DNA of 64,000 bases from Alphaproteobacteria bacterium (GTDB lineage Bacteria; Pseudomonadota; Alphaproteobacteria; MPNO01; UBA830), in assembly GCA_965243135.1 (NCBI GenBank), contig OZ251539.1, forward strand, positions 1,088,001 to 1,152,000, written 5' to 3'. This document shows, in pieces, positions 48,047 to 59,094 of the stretch (within the stretch, counting starts at the first letter, position 1; every line of letters begins with the position of its first letter). The position numbers and the translations under genes are program-made. The notes beneath the pieces were generated by a model. It saw only the letters and a list, made by a program, of their open reading frames with translations. It was not told where the DNA came from and searched no databases.

Positions 48047-48919
48047 ATGTTCAGCGGTTCCATCTGCGCGCTGATCACGCCGTTTCGCGACGGCGCCGTC
48101 GACGAAAAGGCCTTCGGCGCGCTGGTCGAGTGGCAGATCGAAGAGGGCACGCACGGGCTGGTGCCGGTGGGCACGACCGGAGAATCGCCGACCCTCAGCC
48201 ACGCGGAGCACAAGCGCGTCGTCGAGCTTTGCATCGAAGTCGCGGACGAGCGCGTGCCGGTCATCGCCGGCGCAGGCTCCAATTCCACGGCCGAAGCGTT
48301 GGATCTGGCGATGCACGCGAAAAGCGCCGGCGCCGACGCGGCGCTGGTCGTGACCCCTTACTACAACAAGCCAACGCAGGAAGGCCTCTACCGCCATTTC
48401 GAGGCGCTCGACGGCGTCGGGCTCCCGATCGTCATCTACAACATCCCCGGCCGGTCGGTGATCGACATGTCGGTGGAAACCATGGCCCGTTGCGCTCGGC
48501 TGGAGAACGTCGTCGGCGTGAAGGACGCGACCGCCGCCGTGGGCCGCGCGACGCAGCAGAGGATCGCCTGCGGCGAGCGATTTTGCCAGCTTTCCGGCGA
48601 GGACGTCACGCAGATCGGCTTCCTCGCGCAGGGCGGCGACGGGTGCATATCGGTAACCGCCAACGTCGCGCCGAAGCTGATGTCCGAAATGCACGAAGCC
48701 TGGCGGGGCGGCGACGTGGGGGAGGCGCAGCGCATCAACGAGCGGCTTACGCCCCTGCATGTCGACCTGTTCTGCGAGTCCAATCCGGGGCCGGTCAAGT
48801 ACGGCGCGAGCCTCCTGGGCAGATGCGCGGAGGAGGTTCGGTTGCCGCTGGCTCCGCTCGGCGCCGACGCGCGCGGGAAGGTGGAGCGGGCGATGCGGCA
48901 TGCGGGCCTGCTGAACTGA
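48047..48919 (+). CDS. dapA: 4-hydroxy-tetrahydrodipicolinate synthase
   Basis: [27 protein letters not shown]. Confidence 0.97.
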   Translation: MFSGSICALITPFRDGAVDEKAFGALVEWQIEEGTHGLVPVGTTGESPTLSHAEHKRVVELCIEVADERVPVIAGAGSNSTAEALDLAMHAKSAGADAALVVTPYYNKPTQEGLYRHFEALDGVGLPIVIYNIPGRSVIDMSVETMARCARLENVVGVKDATAAVGRATQQRIACGERFCQLSGEDVTQIGFLAQGGDGCISVTANVAPKLMSEMHEAWRGGDVGEAQRINERLTPLHVDLFCESNPGPVKYGASLLGRCAEEVRLPLAPLGADARGKVERAMRHAGLLN

Positions 48920-49383
48920 TGCCCGACGCCGCGCAGCGGCTCGTCGTCAGGAACCGGAAGGCCCGGCACGACTACCGCATCGAGGAAGCCGTCGAAGCGG
49001 GACTCGTGCTCACGGGGAGCGAGGTCAAGGCCTTGCGCGAAGGGCGCGCGAACATCGCGGAATCATACGCCCGCGCCTCCCGGGGAGAAATCTGGCTGAT
49101 CGACGCCCACATCCCCGAATACCGGCAGGCGGGGCGGTTCAACCACGAGCCCCGCCGGCCGCGGAAGCTCCTCTTGAGCAAGCGCGAAATTTCCAGGCTG
49201 GCGGGCGCGGCGGACCGGGAGGGCATGACCCTGGTTCCGCTGAGCCTCTATTTCAATTCCCGGGGCATCGCCAAGCTCGAGCTGGGCCTCGGCAAGGGCA
49301 AGCACCGCTTCGACAAGCGGGAGGACAGCAAGAAGCGCGACTGGCAACGCCAGAAGGCGCGGCTGATGCGGGAAAAGGGCTGA
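48919..49383 (+). CDS. smpB: SsrA-binding protein
   Basis: [25 protein letters not shown]. Confidence 0.97.
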   Translation: MPDAAQRLVVRNRKARHDYRIEEAVEAGLVLTGSEVKALREGRANIAESYARASRGEIWLIDAHIPEYRQAGRFNHEPRRPRKLLLSKREISRLAGAADREGMTLVPLSLYFNSRGIAKLELGLGKGKHRFDKREDSKKRDWQRQKARLMREKG

Positions 49384-49435
49384 GCGGCGGCCGGCTCGCC
49401 GCGCCGTCTCCGGGCGCCGCGGCGGCGGACGGGAA

Positions 49436-50080
49436 TCAGCGCGCGCGCAGCCGTCGCGAGACCGCCCGGAAGACGTCCTCGAACATCTTTTCGGTCAGGC
49501 GGCCGGTGTTGGTGTTGTAGCGCGAGCAATGATAGCTGTCGGCGAGGACGACTCCGCCCGCCAGGTCGTGCGTCGCGCCGTGGGCGAATTTGCGCGCCGC
49601 GCGGCGTTCGCCGAAGGCCGCGAGCGCAGTGTCGTGAGCGACGACGCCGAGCGCGACGACGGCTTTCAGCCGCGCCATCGCCGCGATTTCCGAAACGAGG
49701 AAGCGGCGGCAGGCGGCGATCTCGGCGCCCGTCGGCCTGTTCTCCGGAGGGACGCACCGGACGCCGTTGGCGATCCGGCAATTGACCAGGGACAGGCCAT
49801 CGTCCGGCCGGCGGTCGTAGGTTCCCCGAGCGAATCCGAACTTGATCAAGGTCCGATACAGGAGGTCGCCCGCGAAATCGCCGGTGAAGGGACGTCCGGT
49901 GCGGTTCGCGCCGCGCAGGCCCGGCGCCAGCCCGAGAACCAGGAGTTCGGCGCCGACCGGCCCGAAGGACGGCACCGGAGCGTTATGCCAGCCCGGGAAC
50001 GCCGCCGCGTTCCGCGCGCGATAACCGGAGAGCCGCGGGCACGCCCCGCAATCGGGCGGGGGCGCCTCCGGGAGGATCAT
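49436..50080 (-). CDS. Uracil-DNA glycosylase (family 5-like)
   Basis: C..CPRL, GLAPGLRGANRTGRPFTGD, SYHCSRYN. Confidence 0.92.
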   Translation of the reverse strand: MILPEAPPPDCGACPRLSGYRARNAAAFPGWHNAPVPSFGPVGAELLVLGLAPGLRGANRTGRPFTGDFAGDLLYRTLIKFGFARGTYDRRPDDGLSLVNCRIANGVRCVPPENRPTGAEIAACRRFLVSEIAAMARLKAVVALGVVAHDTALAAFGERRAARKFAHGATHDLAGGVVLADSYHCSRYNTNTGRLTEKMFEDVFRAVSRRLRAR

Positions 50081-50718
50081 GCGTCCTCGAGGACTTCTCC
50101 GTCGTCGTAATCCGGGTCGGGGTTGGCCGGCGTCGGTCCTCGGGACGGCGCCTTGCGGACGAAGGCCGGCATGTCCTCGGCGTCGCGGCGTGCTTCGCGG
50201 GCGATGGATTGCGAGATGTCCTGAAGCTCCACGAACGTGTCGGCCTGGCGCCGCAGCTCGTCCGCCGTCATCGGCGGCTGCGACCGAAACGTGCTGACCA
50301 CCGAAACCCTGACGCCCCGCCGCTGAACGGCCTCCACCAGGCGGCGAAAGCCCCCGTCGCCGGAAAACAGGACCGCGTGATCGATATGCTCCGCCATTTC
50401 GAGCATGTCGATCGCGAGTTCGATATCCATGTTGCCCTTGAACCGGCGCCGGCCGGAAGCGTCGACGTGCTCCTTTACGGGCTTGGTGACCATGGTGTAG
50501 CCGTTGTAGTCCAGCCAGTCGATCAGCGGCCGGATCGGCGAATATTCGTTGTCTTCGGCGAGCGCCGTGTAATAGAACGCCCGCAACAGGCGTCCCTTGG
50601 CGCGGAACAGCTCCAGGAGGTTCTTGTAGTCGATGTCGAAGCCGAGGGCGCGGGCGGCCGAATACAGGTTGGGGCCATCGATGAACAGCGCGAGGCGCTC
50701 GTTCTCGTTGAAATGCAT
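50077..50718 (-). CDS. NYN/LabA domain protein
   Basis: FIDGPN, KGNMDIELAID, FSGDG. Confidence 0.92.
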   Translation of the reverse strand: MHFNENERLALFIDGPNLYSAARALGFDIDYKNLLELFRAKGRLLRAFYYTALAEDNEYSPIRPLIDWLDYNGYTMVTKPVKEHVDASGRRRFKGNMDIELAIDMLEMAEHIDHAVLFSGDGGFRRLVEAVQRRGVRVSVVSTFRSQPPMTADELRRQADTFVELQDISQSIAREARRDAEDMPAFVRKAPSRGPTPANPDPDYDDGEVLEDA

Positions 50719-50814
50719 GGTTTCAATCCTTGGCAGCGAACTGGACGGGATCGGCGATGCGATCGTACCGAACCAAACATATTACCTTTTTGCCTGCGTA
50801 CAAGGGGCGAGGCG

Positions 50815-51312
50815 ATGATTCTCGTCGGGCTGGGATCGAATCTTCCGCATCCGGACATCGGCTGCCCCCGCCGGGTCTGCGAAGCCGCTCTCGGCGCGCT
50901 GTCCGCGGGCGGCGCGACCGTGGAGCGGTTGTCGCGATGGTACCGCAGTTCCCCGCTGCCCGCTTCCGACCAGCCGGACTACGTGAACGGCGTCGCGGCG
51001 GTCGCGACGGCGCTGGACCCCGTAGGCCTGCTCGCCGCGTTGCACGGCGTCGAAGAGCGGCTCGGCAGGACGAGATCCGTCCCCAACGCGGCCCGCGTCC
51101 TGGATCTCGACCTGCTGGCGTATCGCGAAATCGTCAGAACCGGGCCGGAACCTCCCGTTCTGCCGCACCCCCGGCTTGCCGGAAGAGCCTTCGTGCTGTT
51201 GCCGCTCCGGGACGTCGCGCCGGCTTGGCGGCATCCCGCGACGCGGCGGGATATTGCGGACCTGATTCGATCCCTTCCTCCGGAGCAGCGTTGCGTTCCT
51301 TTGCCGCGATGA
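50815..51312 (+). CDS. folK: 2-amino-4-hydroxy-6-hydroxymethyldihydropteridine diphosphokinase
   Basis: [32 protein letters not shown]. Confidence 0.95.
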   Translation: MILVGLGSNLPHPDIGCPRRVCEAALGALSAGGATVERLSRWYRSSPLPASDQPDYVNGVAAVATALDPVGLLAALHGVEERLGRTRSVPNAARVLDLDLLAYREIVRTGPEPPVLPHPRLAGRAFVLLPLRDVAPAWRHPATRRDIADLIRSLPPEQRCVPLPR

Positions 51313-51382
51313 ACCGCCGCTTGCCTGGGGCCGCGGAAAGCCCTATGTTCCGGCCGCTTCCCGAAACTGGAGAATGGAAAAA

Positions 51383-51838
51383 ATGGCGCGGGTTACGGTC
51401 GAAGATTGCGTGGTGAAGGTGCCCAACCGTTTCAAGCTGGTGATGATGGCGGCGCAGCGGTCGCGCACGCTTTCCGTCGGCGTGGAGCCGACCCTGGATC
51501 GCGACAACGACAAGAATCCGGTCGTGGCGCTGCGGGAAATCGCGGAAGAAACGGTTGCGCTCGGGGAAGTCGAGAACGCGCTGATTTCGGGACTTCAGCG
51601 CCACACCGACATCGACGAGCTGGTCGAGGACGATCAGCTCGCCATCACCAACGCCTTGCACGAGGAGTTCGCGAAGCTCGCCGACGCCGGCGAGATCGTG
51701 AAGCCTCCGGTGCAGGAAGAGCACGAGGTTTCCGGGGAGGAGGACGAGGTTCCCGGGGAGGAGGGCGAGGCCGGGTGGTCGGCGTTCGAAGGCGGTTTTC
51801 AGGACGTCGATCCGGAGGAAATCGCCGACGAGGACTGA
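51383..51838 (+). CDS. rpoZ: RNA polymerase omega subunit
   Basis: [21 protein letters not shown]. Confidence 0.97.
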   Translation: MARVTVEDCVVKVPNRFKLVMMAAQRSRTLSVGVEPTLDRDNDKNPVVALREIAEETVALGEVENALISGLQRHTDIDELVEDDQLAITNALHEEFAKLADAGEIVKPPVQEEHEVSGEEDEVPGEEGEAGWSAFEGGFQDVDPEEIADED

Positions 51839-51891
51839 CGAGCCCCCGGCATGGCGGGCGGACGGTCGCGCTTCTCCGCCGGCGTTGCGGC

Positions 51892-54036
51892 ATGATGGGG
51901 CAGGACGAGCTGATCGAGCGCGTGCGCGCCTACGATCCCGGCGCCGACGAAGAGGCGTTGAACAGGGCCTACGTCTACTCGATGGCGGCGCACGGCTCCC
52001 AGAAGCGCGCGTCCGGCGCGCCCTATTTTTCCCACCCCGTGGAAGTCGCGGGAATACTTGCCGGATACCGTCTGGACACGGCGTCGATCGTGACCGCCCT
52101 CCTTCACGACACCGTCGAAGATACGCTGGCCACGCTTCAGGAGATCCGCGCGCTGTTCGGCGACGAGGTCGCCCAGCTCGTCGACGGCGTGACCAAGCTT
52201 TCGAAGCTGGAACTGCAGTCCGTCGGCACCGAACAAGCCGAGAACTTCCGCAAGCTGCTGCTGGCGATTTCCGAGGACATCAGGGTTCTCCTGGTCAAGC
52301 TGGCGGACCGGCTCCACAACATGCGGACGTTGCGCCACATCGAGTCGCTGAAGCGGCGCACCCGGATCGCGCGGGAAACGATGGACATCTACGCGCCGCT
52401 GGCGGCGCGCATCGGCGTCCAGGAAATCAAGGAGGAACTCGAGGATCTGGCGTTTCGCGAGCTCTATCCGGACGAATGCGAATCCATCGCGCGGCGTCTC
52501 GACTACCTGCGGAGCGAGGGAGACGAAATCGTCGTGCGCATTTCCGACGAAATCGCCGGCATCCTCGTCGAAGCCGAAGTCGAGGCGTGGGTTTCCGGTC
52601 GGGTGAAGAGGCCGATTTCGGTTTGGCGCAAGATGCAGCGCAAGCACGTTCCCTTCGAGCGGCTCACGGACATCATCGCCTTTCGCGTCGTCGTCGCCTC
52701 GGTGGAGGACTGCTACAAGGCGCTGGGCGTCATACACACCAATTACCGGGTCGTTCCCAACGAGTTCGACGACTACATCTCGACGCCGAAGCCGAACGGC
52801 TACAAGTCGCTGCACACGGCCGTGGTGGGGGGCGACCACGACCCGATCGAGGTCCAGATCCGGACGACCGAAATGCACGACGTGGCGGAACTCGGCGTCG
52901 CGGCCCACTGGCAGTACAAGCAGGGCGCGGCGCTGACCGAGGGCAAGCGATACCGTTGGGTGAGCAATCTGCTCGACATCCTGGAGAGCGCCTCCAGCCC
53001 CGACGAATTTCTCGAGAACACGAAGCTCGAGATGTACGCCGACCAGGCGTTCTGCTTCACCCCCAAGGGACATATAATCACGTTGCCTCAGGGCGCCACG
53101 CCGATCGACTTCGCCTATGCGGTCCACTCGGAAATCGGCGACAGGTGCATCGGCGCCTACATCAACGGCAAGATGGCGCCGCTCAGGACCGAGTTGAGAA
53201 ACGGCGACCAGGTGGAAATCGTCACCTCCGCGGACGGGGCGCCTTCCCCCGTCTGGGAGCACTGGGTCGCGACCGGCAAGGCGCGGGCGCGCATCCGCAG
53301 ACACGTCAGGAAGCTGGAGCGCGGAGAATTCGTCCAGCTCGGCCGGGCGATACTGGATCCGATATTCCAGGCGGCGTCGCCGGGCATGCCGAAACGGATC
53401 CTCGAGCGGTTCGGGACGGCGAGCGAGGACGATCTCGCCGAGATGGTCGGCCGCGGCGACATTCCCATCAAGAGCGTGGTGTCGGCCGTCGTGCCGCCCG
53501 AGGCCGCTTCGAGGCTGAAGCTCGGCAAGGACAGGCGGCCCGGCGTTTCGAGCATGGCGATTCCGCCGCGCCCGGACACTCCCGTGGCGATACCGCTGCG
53601 GGGGCTGGAGCCCGGGGTGGCTGTCCATTACGCCAATTGCTGCCATCCGCTTCCCGGCGACCGGGTCGTCGCCATCCTCACGCGCGGAAAGGGAGCCTCG
53701 ATCCATACCCGTGACTGCGAGACGCTGGAGAGCTTCGCCGACATGCCGGAACGGTGGCTGGACGTCGCCTGGGACCTCGGGTCGGCGGGTCCCGAGCTCC
53801 GCGTCGGACGAATCGAACTCGAGGTGGCCAACGAACGGGGGGCGCTCGGCGCGCTCACCACGCTGATCGGCCGCCACAACGGCAACATCAGCAATCTCAA
53901 GATCACCGCCCGGTCGGAGGATTTCTTCCGGATGGTGATCGACATAGAAGTCGAGAGCGTCCGGCATCTTGGCGACATCGTCGCGGCGCTGCGCACGCTG
54001 CGGGCGATCGCGTCCGTGGACCGGGCGAAGAGCTGA
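51892..54036 (+). CDS. spoT: Bifunctional (p)ppGpp synthetase/hydrolase
   Basis: [37 protein letters not shown] domain. Confidence 0.96.
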   Translation: MMGQDELIERVRAYDPGADEEALNRAYVYSMAAHGSQKRASGAPYFSHPVEVAGILAGYRLDTASIVTALLHDTVEDTLATLQEIRALFGDEVAQLVDGVTKLSKLELQSVGTEQAENFRKLLLAISEDIRVLLVKLADRLHNMRTLRHIESLKRRTRIARETMDIYAPLAARIGVQEIKEELEDLAFRELYPDECESIARRLDYLRSEGDEIVVRISDEIAGILVEAEVEAWVSGRVKRPISVWRKMQRKHVPFERLTDIIAFRVVVASVEDCYKALGVIHTNYRVVPNEFDDYISTPKPNGYKSLHTAVVGGDHDPIEVQIRTTEMHDVAELGVAAHWQYKQGAALTEGKRYRWVSNLLDILESASSPDEFLENTKLEMYADQAFCFTPKGHIITLPQGATPIDFAYAVHSEIGDRCIGAYINGKMAPLRTELRNGDQVEIVTSADGAPSPVWEHWVATGKARARIRRHVRKLERGEFVQLGRAILDPIFQAASPGMPKRILERFGTASEDDLAEMVGRGDIPIKSVVSAVVPPEAASRLKLGKDRRPGVSSMAIPPRPDTPVAIPLRGLEPGVAVHYANCCHPLPGDRVVAILTRGKGASIHTRDCETLESFADMPERWLDVAWDLGSAGPELRVGRIELEVANERGALGALTTLIGRHNGNISNLKITARSEDFFRMVIDIEVESVRHLGDIVAALRTLRAIASVDRAKS

Positions 54037-54833
54037 TGACGTTCGGAGGAAGTCGCGGAGAGCCTGCGGCGGAGGGACGCCTGAGGCTCGGCGTCAACAT
54101 CGATCACGTGGCGACGATACGGAACGCGAGGGGCGGACTGCACCCCGATCCCGTTCGCGCCGCCCGCGCCGCCGCCCGCGCGGGCGCCGACGGCATAACG
54201 GCCCATCTTCGCGAGGACCGTCGGCACATGACGGACCGGGACATAGCGCGCCTGGTCGACGGCATCGAACTGCCGCTCAACCTTGAAATGGCGGCGACCG
54301 ACGAAATGCTGGACGTCGCGTTGAGGCATCTTCCGCAGGCGGCGTGCATCGTCCCCGAGAAGCGGCAGGAACGGACGACCGAAGGCGGGCTCGACGCGAT
54401 CGGGGATCGCGAGCGCCTCGCGCCTTTCGTCCGGCGGCTGGCGGAGGCCGGCATCCGGGCGTCGCTGTTCATCGAACCCGACCCGGCGCAGATCGACGCG
54501 GCCGCCGCGCTCGGCGCCCAGGTCGTGGAGTTGCATACCGGCGCCTATTGCGAGGCCGAGGGCGCGGAACGGAGGCGGCGCTTCGCCCGGATCCGGGCGG
54601 CCGCCGCCCACGCCGAGGCGGCCGGGCTGGAATGCCACGCGGGTCACGGCCTGAGCTACGATTCCGTCGCGCCGATCGCCGGCATCCCGACGATCGCGGA
54701 ACTGAACATCGGGCATTTTCTGGTTGGCGAGGCCATTTTCGGCGGACTGGAAAGCGCCATTGGACGCATGCGCGTTCTCATGGACGGCGCGCGCGCCGGC
54801 GCGGCCCGGAACGAAGCGGGAGGTTCCGCATGA
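54036..54833 (+). CDS. pdxJ: Pyridoxine 5'-phosphate synthase
   Basis: [30 protein letters not shown]. Confidence 0.97.
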   Translation: MTFGGSRGEPAAEGRLRLGVNIDHVATIRNARGGLHPDPVRAARAAARAGADGITAHLREDRRHMTDRDIARLVDGIELPLNLEMAATDEMLDVALRHLPQAACIVPEKRQERTTEGGLDAIGDRERLAPFVRRLAEAGIRASLFIEPDPAQIDAAAALGAQVVELHTGAYCEAEGAERRRRFARIRAAAAHAEAAGLECHAGHGLSYDSVAPIAGIPTIAELNIGHFLVGEAIFGGLESAIGRMRVLMDGARAGAARNEAGGSA

Positions 54834-55246
54834 TCGTCGGAATTGGCAGCGATCTCGTCGATATTCGCCGGATCGAGCGGACGCTCGAGCGTTTCGGGGA
54901 TCGCTTCACCCATCGCTGCTTCACCGAGGTCGAGCGCCGAAAGAGCGATCGCCGCCGTCTGCGCGCGGCGAGTTACGCCAGACGCTTCGCCGCGAAGGAG
55001 GCCTGCGCCAAGGCCCTGGGCACCGGGTTTCGCAAAGGCGTCTTCTGGCGCGACCTCGGCGTGGCGAACCTTCCCGGCGGCAAGCCGGCCATGGAACTGA
55101 CCGGCGGGGCGCTCTTGCGGCTGCGCGAACTCGTTCCGGACGGGATGCGCCCCCGCATCGACCTCACGATTACCGACGAGCCGCCGCTCGCCCAGGCGAT
55201 GGTCATCATCACGGCCGTTTCCGCAACGACCCGAGCGCGATCATGA
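54830..55246 (+). CDS. acpS: Holo-ACP synthase
   Basis: GIGSDLV, RFAAKEA. Confidence 0.96.
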   Translation: MIVGIGSDLVDIRRIERTLERFGDRFTHRCFTEVERRKSDRRRLRAASYARRFAAKEACAKALGTGFRKGVFWRDLGVANLPGGKPAMELTGGALLRLRELVPDGMRPRIDLTITDEPPLAQAMVIITAVSATTRARS

Positions 55247-55977
55247 CATCGAAGAAATCCGGCGGATTCTGGGAAACCGTAAAGACGCTCGTCTACGCCG
55301 TTCTGATCGCCCTTTTCATCAGAACGGTCGCGTTCGAGCCGTTCAACATACCGTCCGGCTCGATGGTTCCGACCTTGCTGGTCGGCGATTATCTGTTCGT
55401 GTCCAAGTATTCGTACGGATACAGCCGGTACTCCTTGCCTTTCGGACTGCCGCTCATTCCGGGGCGGATCTTCGGCGACCTCCCGGAACGCGGCGACGTC
55501 GCGGTGTTCAAGCTTCCGAAGGACAACTCGACCGATTACATCAAGCGCATCGTCGGGTTGCCGGGCGATCGCATCCAGGTGGTGCGCGGCCGGTTGCTCG
55601 TCAACGGCGCGCAGGTCGATCGCCGCCGGGTGGAAGACTATCCCGTCGGGTTGTTCGGGTCGGGCGCGCCGCAATTCGTCGAAACCCTTCCCGGCGGGAA
55701 GGCGCACCTCATCGTCGAACGCCGGGGAGACTTCGGCAGCCTGGACAACACCGCCGTCTACACGGTGCCGGACCGTCACGTCTTCGCGATGGGCGACAAC
55801 CGCGACGATTCGCTCGACAGCCGGGTGTTGGGACAGGTCGGTTTCATACCCGTCGAGAATCTCGTGGGCCGCGCCGAGTTCCTTTTTTTCTCGCACGATT
55901 CGTCGGCTTATCTCTGGGAGATCTGGAAATGGCCGACGGCGATCCGCTGGTCCAGACTCCTCCAGGGCATCGAATGA
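55243..55977 (+). CDS. lepB: Signal peptidase I
   Basis: [30 protein letters not shown]. Confidence 0.96.
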   Translation: MTSKKSGGFWETVKTLVYAVLIALFIRTVAFEPFNIPSGSMVPTLLVGDYLFVSKYSYGYSRYSLPFGLPLIPGRIFGDLPERGDVAVFKLPKDNSTDYIKRIVGLPGDRIQVVRGRLLVNGAQVDRRRVEDYPVGLFGSGAPQFVETLPGGKAHLIVERRGDFGSLDNTAVYTVPDRHVFAMGDNRDDSLDSRVLGQVGFIPVENLVGRAEFLFFSHDSSAYLWEIWKWPTAIRWSRLLQGIE

Positions 55978-56621
55978 CGGCGATCGAATCCTTGCTCGGC
56001 TACAGGTTCCGCGATCCCGGCTTGCTGGAGAAGGCGTTGACCCACGCCAGCGCGGACGGGTCCGACCGAAGCCAGAACCGCCTGGAGTTCCTCGGGGACC
56101 GCGTTCTGGGCTTGATCGTCGCCGAGATGCTGCTGGAGCGGTTTCCGTCCTCCTCCGTGGGCCGGATCGCGCGCCGGCACGCCGACCTCGTCAGCGGCAG
56201 CACGCTCGCCCAGGTCGGCCGCGACCTTTCGTTGCCGGAATTCCTTCGCGCCGACGGAACCGAAGCCGCCGCCAGCAGTTCCGTGATCGCAGGTTGCTGC
56301 GAGGCGGTCATTGGCGCGCTCTACCGCGACGGCGGGCTGGAGGCCGCGCGGTCCTTCGTTTGTCGTCGCTGGGCGCCCCTGATCGGCGAAGCGGAACCCC
56401 GGTCGCCCAAGACCGACCTTCAGGAATGGTGCCAGGCAAGGGGGTTGCCGTTGCCGGAATACGTTCTGGTCGACAGCTCCGGACCGCCGCACGAGCCCGT
56501 CTTCACGGTCGAACTCGCGGTGGAGGGGCGTCCGCCGGTTCGGGCGGCCGGCCCCGCCCGGCGCGCGGCCGAGAGGCGGGCCGCCGAGAAAGCGCTCGAC
56601 CGGATCGGCGCGGAAACATGA
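55974..56621 (+). CDS. rnc: Ribonuclease III (atypical acidic residues)
   Basis: RLEFLGD, EAVIGALY, dsRBD PKTDLQEW; synteny lepB-rnc-era. Confidence 0.93.
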   Translation: MTAIESLLGYRFRDPGLLEKALTHASADGSDRSQNRLEFLGDRVLGLIVAEMLLERFPSSSVGRIARRHADLVSGSTLAQVGRDLSLPEFLRADGTEAAASSSVIAGCCEAVIGALYRDGGLEAARSFVCRRWAPLIGEAEPRSPKTDLQEWCQARGLPLPEYVLVDSSGPPHEPVFTVELAVEGRPPVRAAGPARRAAERRAAEKALDRIGAET

Positions 56622-57535
56622 CTTCGCGGTCCAGGTGCGGCTTCGTCGCATTGCTGGGAGCGCCCAATACGGGCAAGTCGACGCTGATGAACGCGATGGT
56701 CGGAGCCAAGGTCTCCATCGTGACGCCCAAGGTCCAGACGACGCGCACCCGGATTCTCGGAGTCGCCGTCGTCGGCTCCACCCAGGCCGTATTCGTCGAC
56801 ACGCCCGGAATTTTCCGAGCGAAGCGGCGATTCGACCGGGCGATGGTCGCCGCGGCATGGGGCGGCGCTTCGGACGCCGACGTCGTGACCGTCCTGATCG
56901 ACGCCAAAGCCGGCGTCGGCGGCGACACGCGGCGCCTGGTCGAAAGGCTCGCGGCGGAGGGCAGGCAGGCTGTCTGCGTTCTCAACAAGATCGATCTCGT
57001 GCGCCGGGACAGCCTGCTGGCGCTTGCCGACGATTTGCGGCGCAGGGGGCCGTTCACGGACTTTTTCATGATCTCGGCGGCGAACGGCGACGGGGTCGAC
57101 GATCTGAAGGCGGCTCTCGCCGCGCGGCTTCCGGAGAGCCGCTGGTTGTTTCCGGAGGACCAGCTTTCGGACATGAACGATCGCCTGTTCGCGGCGGAAC
57201 TGACGCGCGAAAAGCTGTTTCTCAATCTCCATCAGGAACTTCCGTATTCGCTGACCGTGGAGACGGAGAGCTGGCGGCCGTTCAACGACGGAAGCGTCAG
57301 AGTGGAGCAGGTCGTCTATATTGAACGCGGGAGTCAGAAAGGCATCGTGTTGGGCAAGGGCGGAGCGCGAATCAGGCGCGTTCGTACGCAAGTGCAAGAA
57401 GAGCTTCGCGCGATCCTCGGGTGCGAAGTGCATCTTTTCCTGTTCGTCAAGGTCCGCGAGAACTGGCATGACGATCCCGAACGCTATCGCGACTGGGGGC
57501 TCGATTACGCCCTGTCCGGCCGCATGCACCGCTGA
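56618..57535 (+). CDS. era: GTPase Era
   Basis: GAPNTGKS, QTTR, DTPG, NKID, KH domain. Confidence 0.97.
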   Translation: MTSRSRCGFVALLGAPNTGKSTLMNAMVGAKVSIVTPKVQTTRTRILGVAVVGSTQAVFVDTPGIFRAKRRFDRAMVAAAWGGASDADVVTVLIDAKAGVGGDTRRLVERLAAEGRQAVCVLNKIDLVRRDSLLALADDLRRRGPFTDFFMISAANGDGVDDLKAALAARLPESRWLFPEDQLSDMNDRLFAAELTREKLFLNLHQELPYSLTVETESWRPFNDGSVRVEQVVYIERGSQKGIVLGKGGARIRRVRTQVQEELRAILGCEVHLFLFVKVRENWHDDPERYRDWGLDYALSGRMHR

Positions 57536-57617
57536 TGACCGGCCGGCCCTGCCGCCCTCGCGACGGAGATTCCCGACTGCTCGCGTCGCGTTTCGGACTC
57601 GATGGGGGCGGTAACGG

Positions 57618-58799
57618 ATGAATGAATGGAGGGACGGAATACCGGCCGTTTATCGGCCGGGATACGAACAAGCTCGGGCCGACAACCGGGATTTGGCCGA
57701 AAACTACGTAAGGCATACGCTTATCGGCGATCCGGAGGCCGACGCGGTGGCGGAGGCGCTGGCGGAATTCGACCAAGAGGAAGCGTATCGATTCATCCAC
57801 GCCGGAATGGAGCGGCAGGAAGCCGTTCTGCGGAACGCCCCTCCGGTCATGGGCGATTTCTTCGATCGGATCTCCGTTCCGCCCTCCTGGTTCGACCCGG
57901 CGACCTTGCGTCCGGGGATGTTGGCGTATCACCGGAACTCGGATCTGTTTATCGCCGCCCATGTGGCCGGAGTGCTCGTCGAGGGTTTCTCCACGACCAT
58001 CAGCCTGCCGTTTTTCCGGACGGGGAGGCTTACCGACTACGGCGTGCGGCGGCTTCGGCAGAATAACCGCCACCTCATCGAGATCTGCCTGCCGGGCGGT
58101 CTGGAACGACACGGAGACGGCTGGAAACTGTCGGTTCGAATCCGCCTGATACACGCCCAGGTAAGGCGCCTGCTTCGCAATGCGGAAGACTGGGACGCGG
58201 ACACCTGGGGCATGCCTCTCAGCGCGGCGCAGATGGCCTTCGCTTCCGCGGCGTTTTCCGCGCTGCTTTTGCGGAAAGTCGAAATGCTGGGGCTGCGCCT
58301 CGACAGAGCCGCCCGCGACGGTTTCATGGATATTTGGCGCTACACGGCATGGCTATTCGGCGTGCCGGAGGAGATACTCTTTCGCAATTACGACGACGCG
58401 ACGGAACTTTGCCGCGTAGGCTTCATATGCGAACCGCCGCCCGGACTGGAAGCGATCGCCATGGCGAACGGCCTGATCAACTCCGCGCCCCTTATCGTCG
58501 GCGCTACGGATCCGGCCGAACGGCGGGCCTTCACGAGTTTCGTGTACCGGGTTTCCCGCGCTCTCGTCGGCAATGCGCTGGCCGATCAACTCCGGTTTCC
58601 CAAGCAGCGGACCGCGGGTCTGCTGATCGCCATGCGCTGGCAGCTCAGGTTCCGGAGGCTGTTGGACCGGCTTGCGCCGCGCCGCGCCGACGCCCGCCAT
58701 TCCAAGAACTTCGTCACCCTGCTGGAACGCGCCGTCGTCGACGAGGCGGGCATCGGCTATCGCTTGCCCGACGATCTCGATGCGGCGAGCCCGTGGTAA
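57618..58799 (+). CDS. MpaB/DUF2236 (Lcp-like) oxygenase family protein
   Basis: GDPEAD, VRIRLIHAQVR, WG.P, WRY...L.GVP. Confidence 0.8.
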   Translation: MNEWRDGIPAVYRPGYEQARADNRDLAENYVRHTLIGDPEADAVAEALAEFDQEEAYRFIHAGMERQEAVLRNAPPVMGDFFDRISVPPSWFDPATLRPGMLAYHRNSDLFIAAHVAGVLVEGFSTTISLPFFRTGRLTDYGVRRLRQNNRHLIEICLPGGLERHGDGWKLSVRIRLIHAQVRRLLRNAEDWDADTWGMPLSAAQMAFASAAFSALLLRKVEMLGLRLDRAARDGFMDIWRYTAWLFGVPEEILFRNYDDATELCRVGFICEPPPGLEAIAMANGLINSAPLIVGATDPAERRAFTSFVYRVSRALVGNALADQLRFPKQRTAGLLIAMRWQLRFRRLLDRLAPRRADARHSKNFVTLLERAVVDEAGIGYRLPDDLDAASPW

Positions 58800-59094
58800 G
58801 ACAGTTCGGGGCGCTCCCTCGGGGAACGTTCGGCCGGACGGTTTCCGGGCCGAGGGCCGCGCCGTTCATGGAGACGCCGTTGACTTGTTCGAATCCGCGA
58901 GGCTACTTTTCGCGCATGCAGCTTCGTCAGTTCCATGCCGTCGGCGTCCCGCCCCTCGGGCGGCCCCCGTTGCGGAGGCCCGATGACCGGTTGGCGGCGG
59001 GCCGGGCCCGCCGGAACTTCGCCGCCCTGCCGGAACGCCCCCGGTTGGACGGCGCGGGCTGCCGCTTGTCCAACCGCGCCGGCCTCGCGATTTC

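Noticed and set aside
48919-49440. tmRNA gene next to smpB
   Set aside because: No room for it and no tRNA-like ends seen.
51700-51838. Repeated GAGGTT(T/C)CCGGGGAGGAG in the rpoZ tail
   Set aside because: A low-complexity acidic tail is normal for alphaproteobacterial omega subunits.
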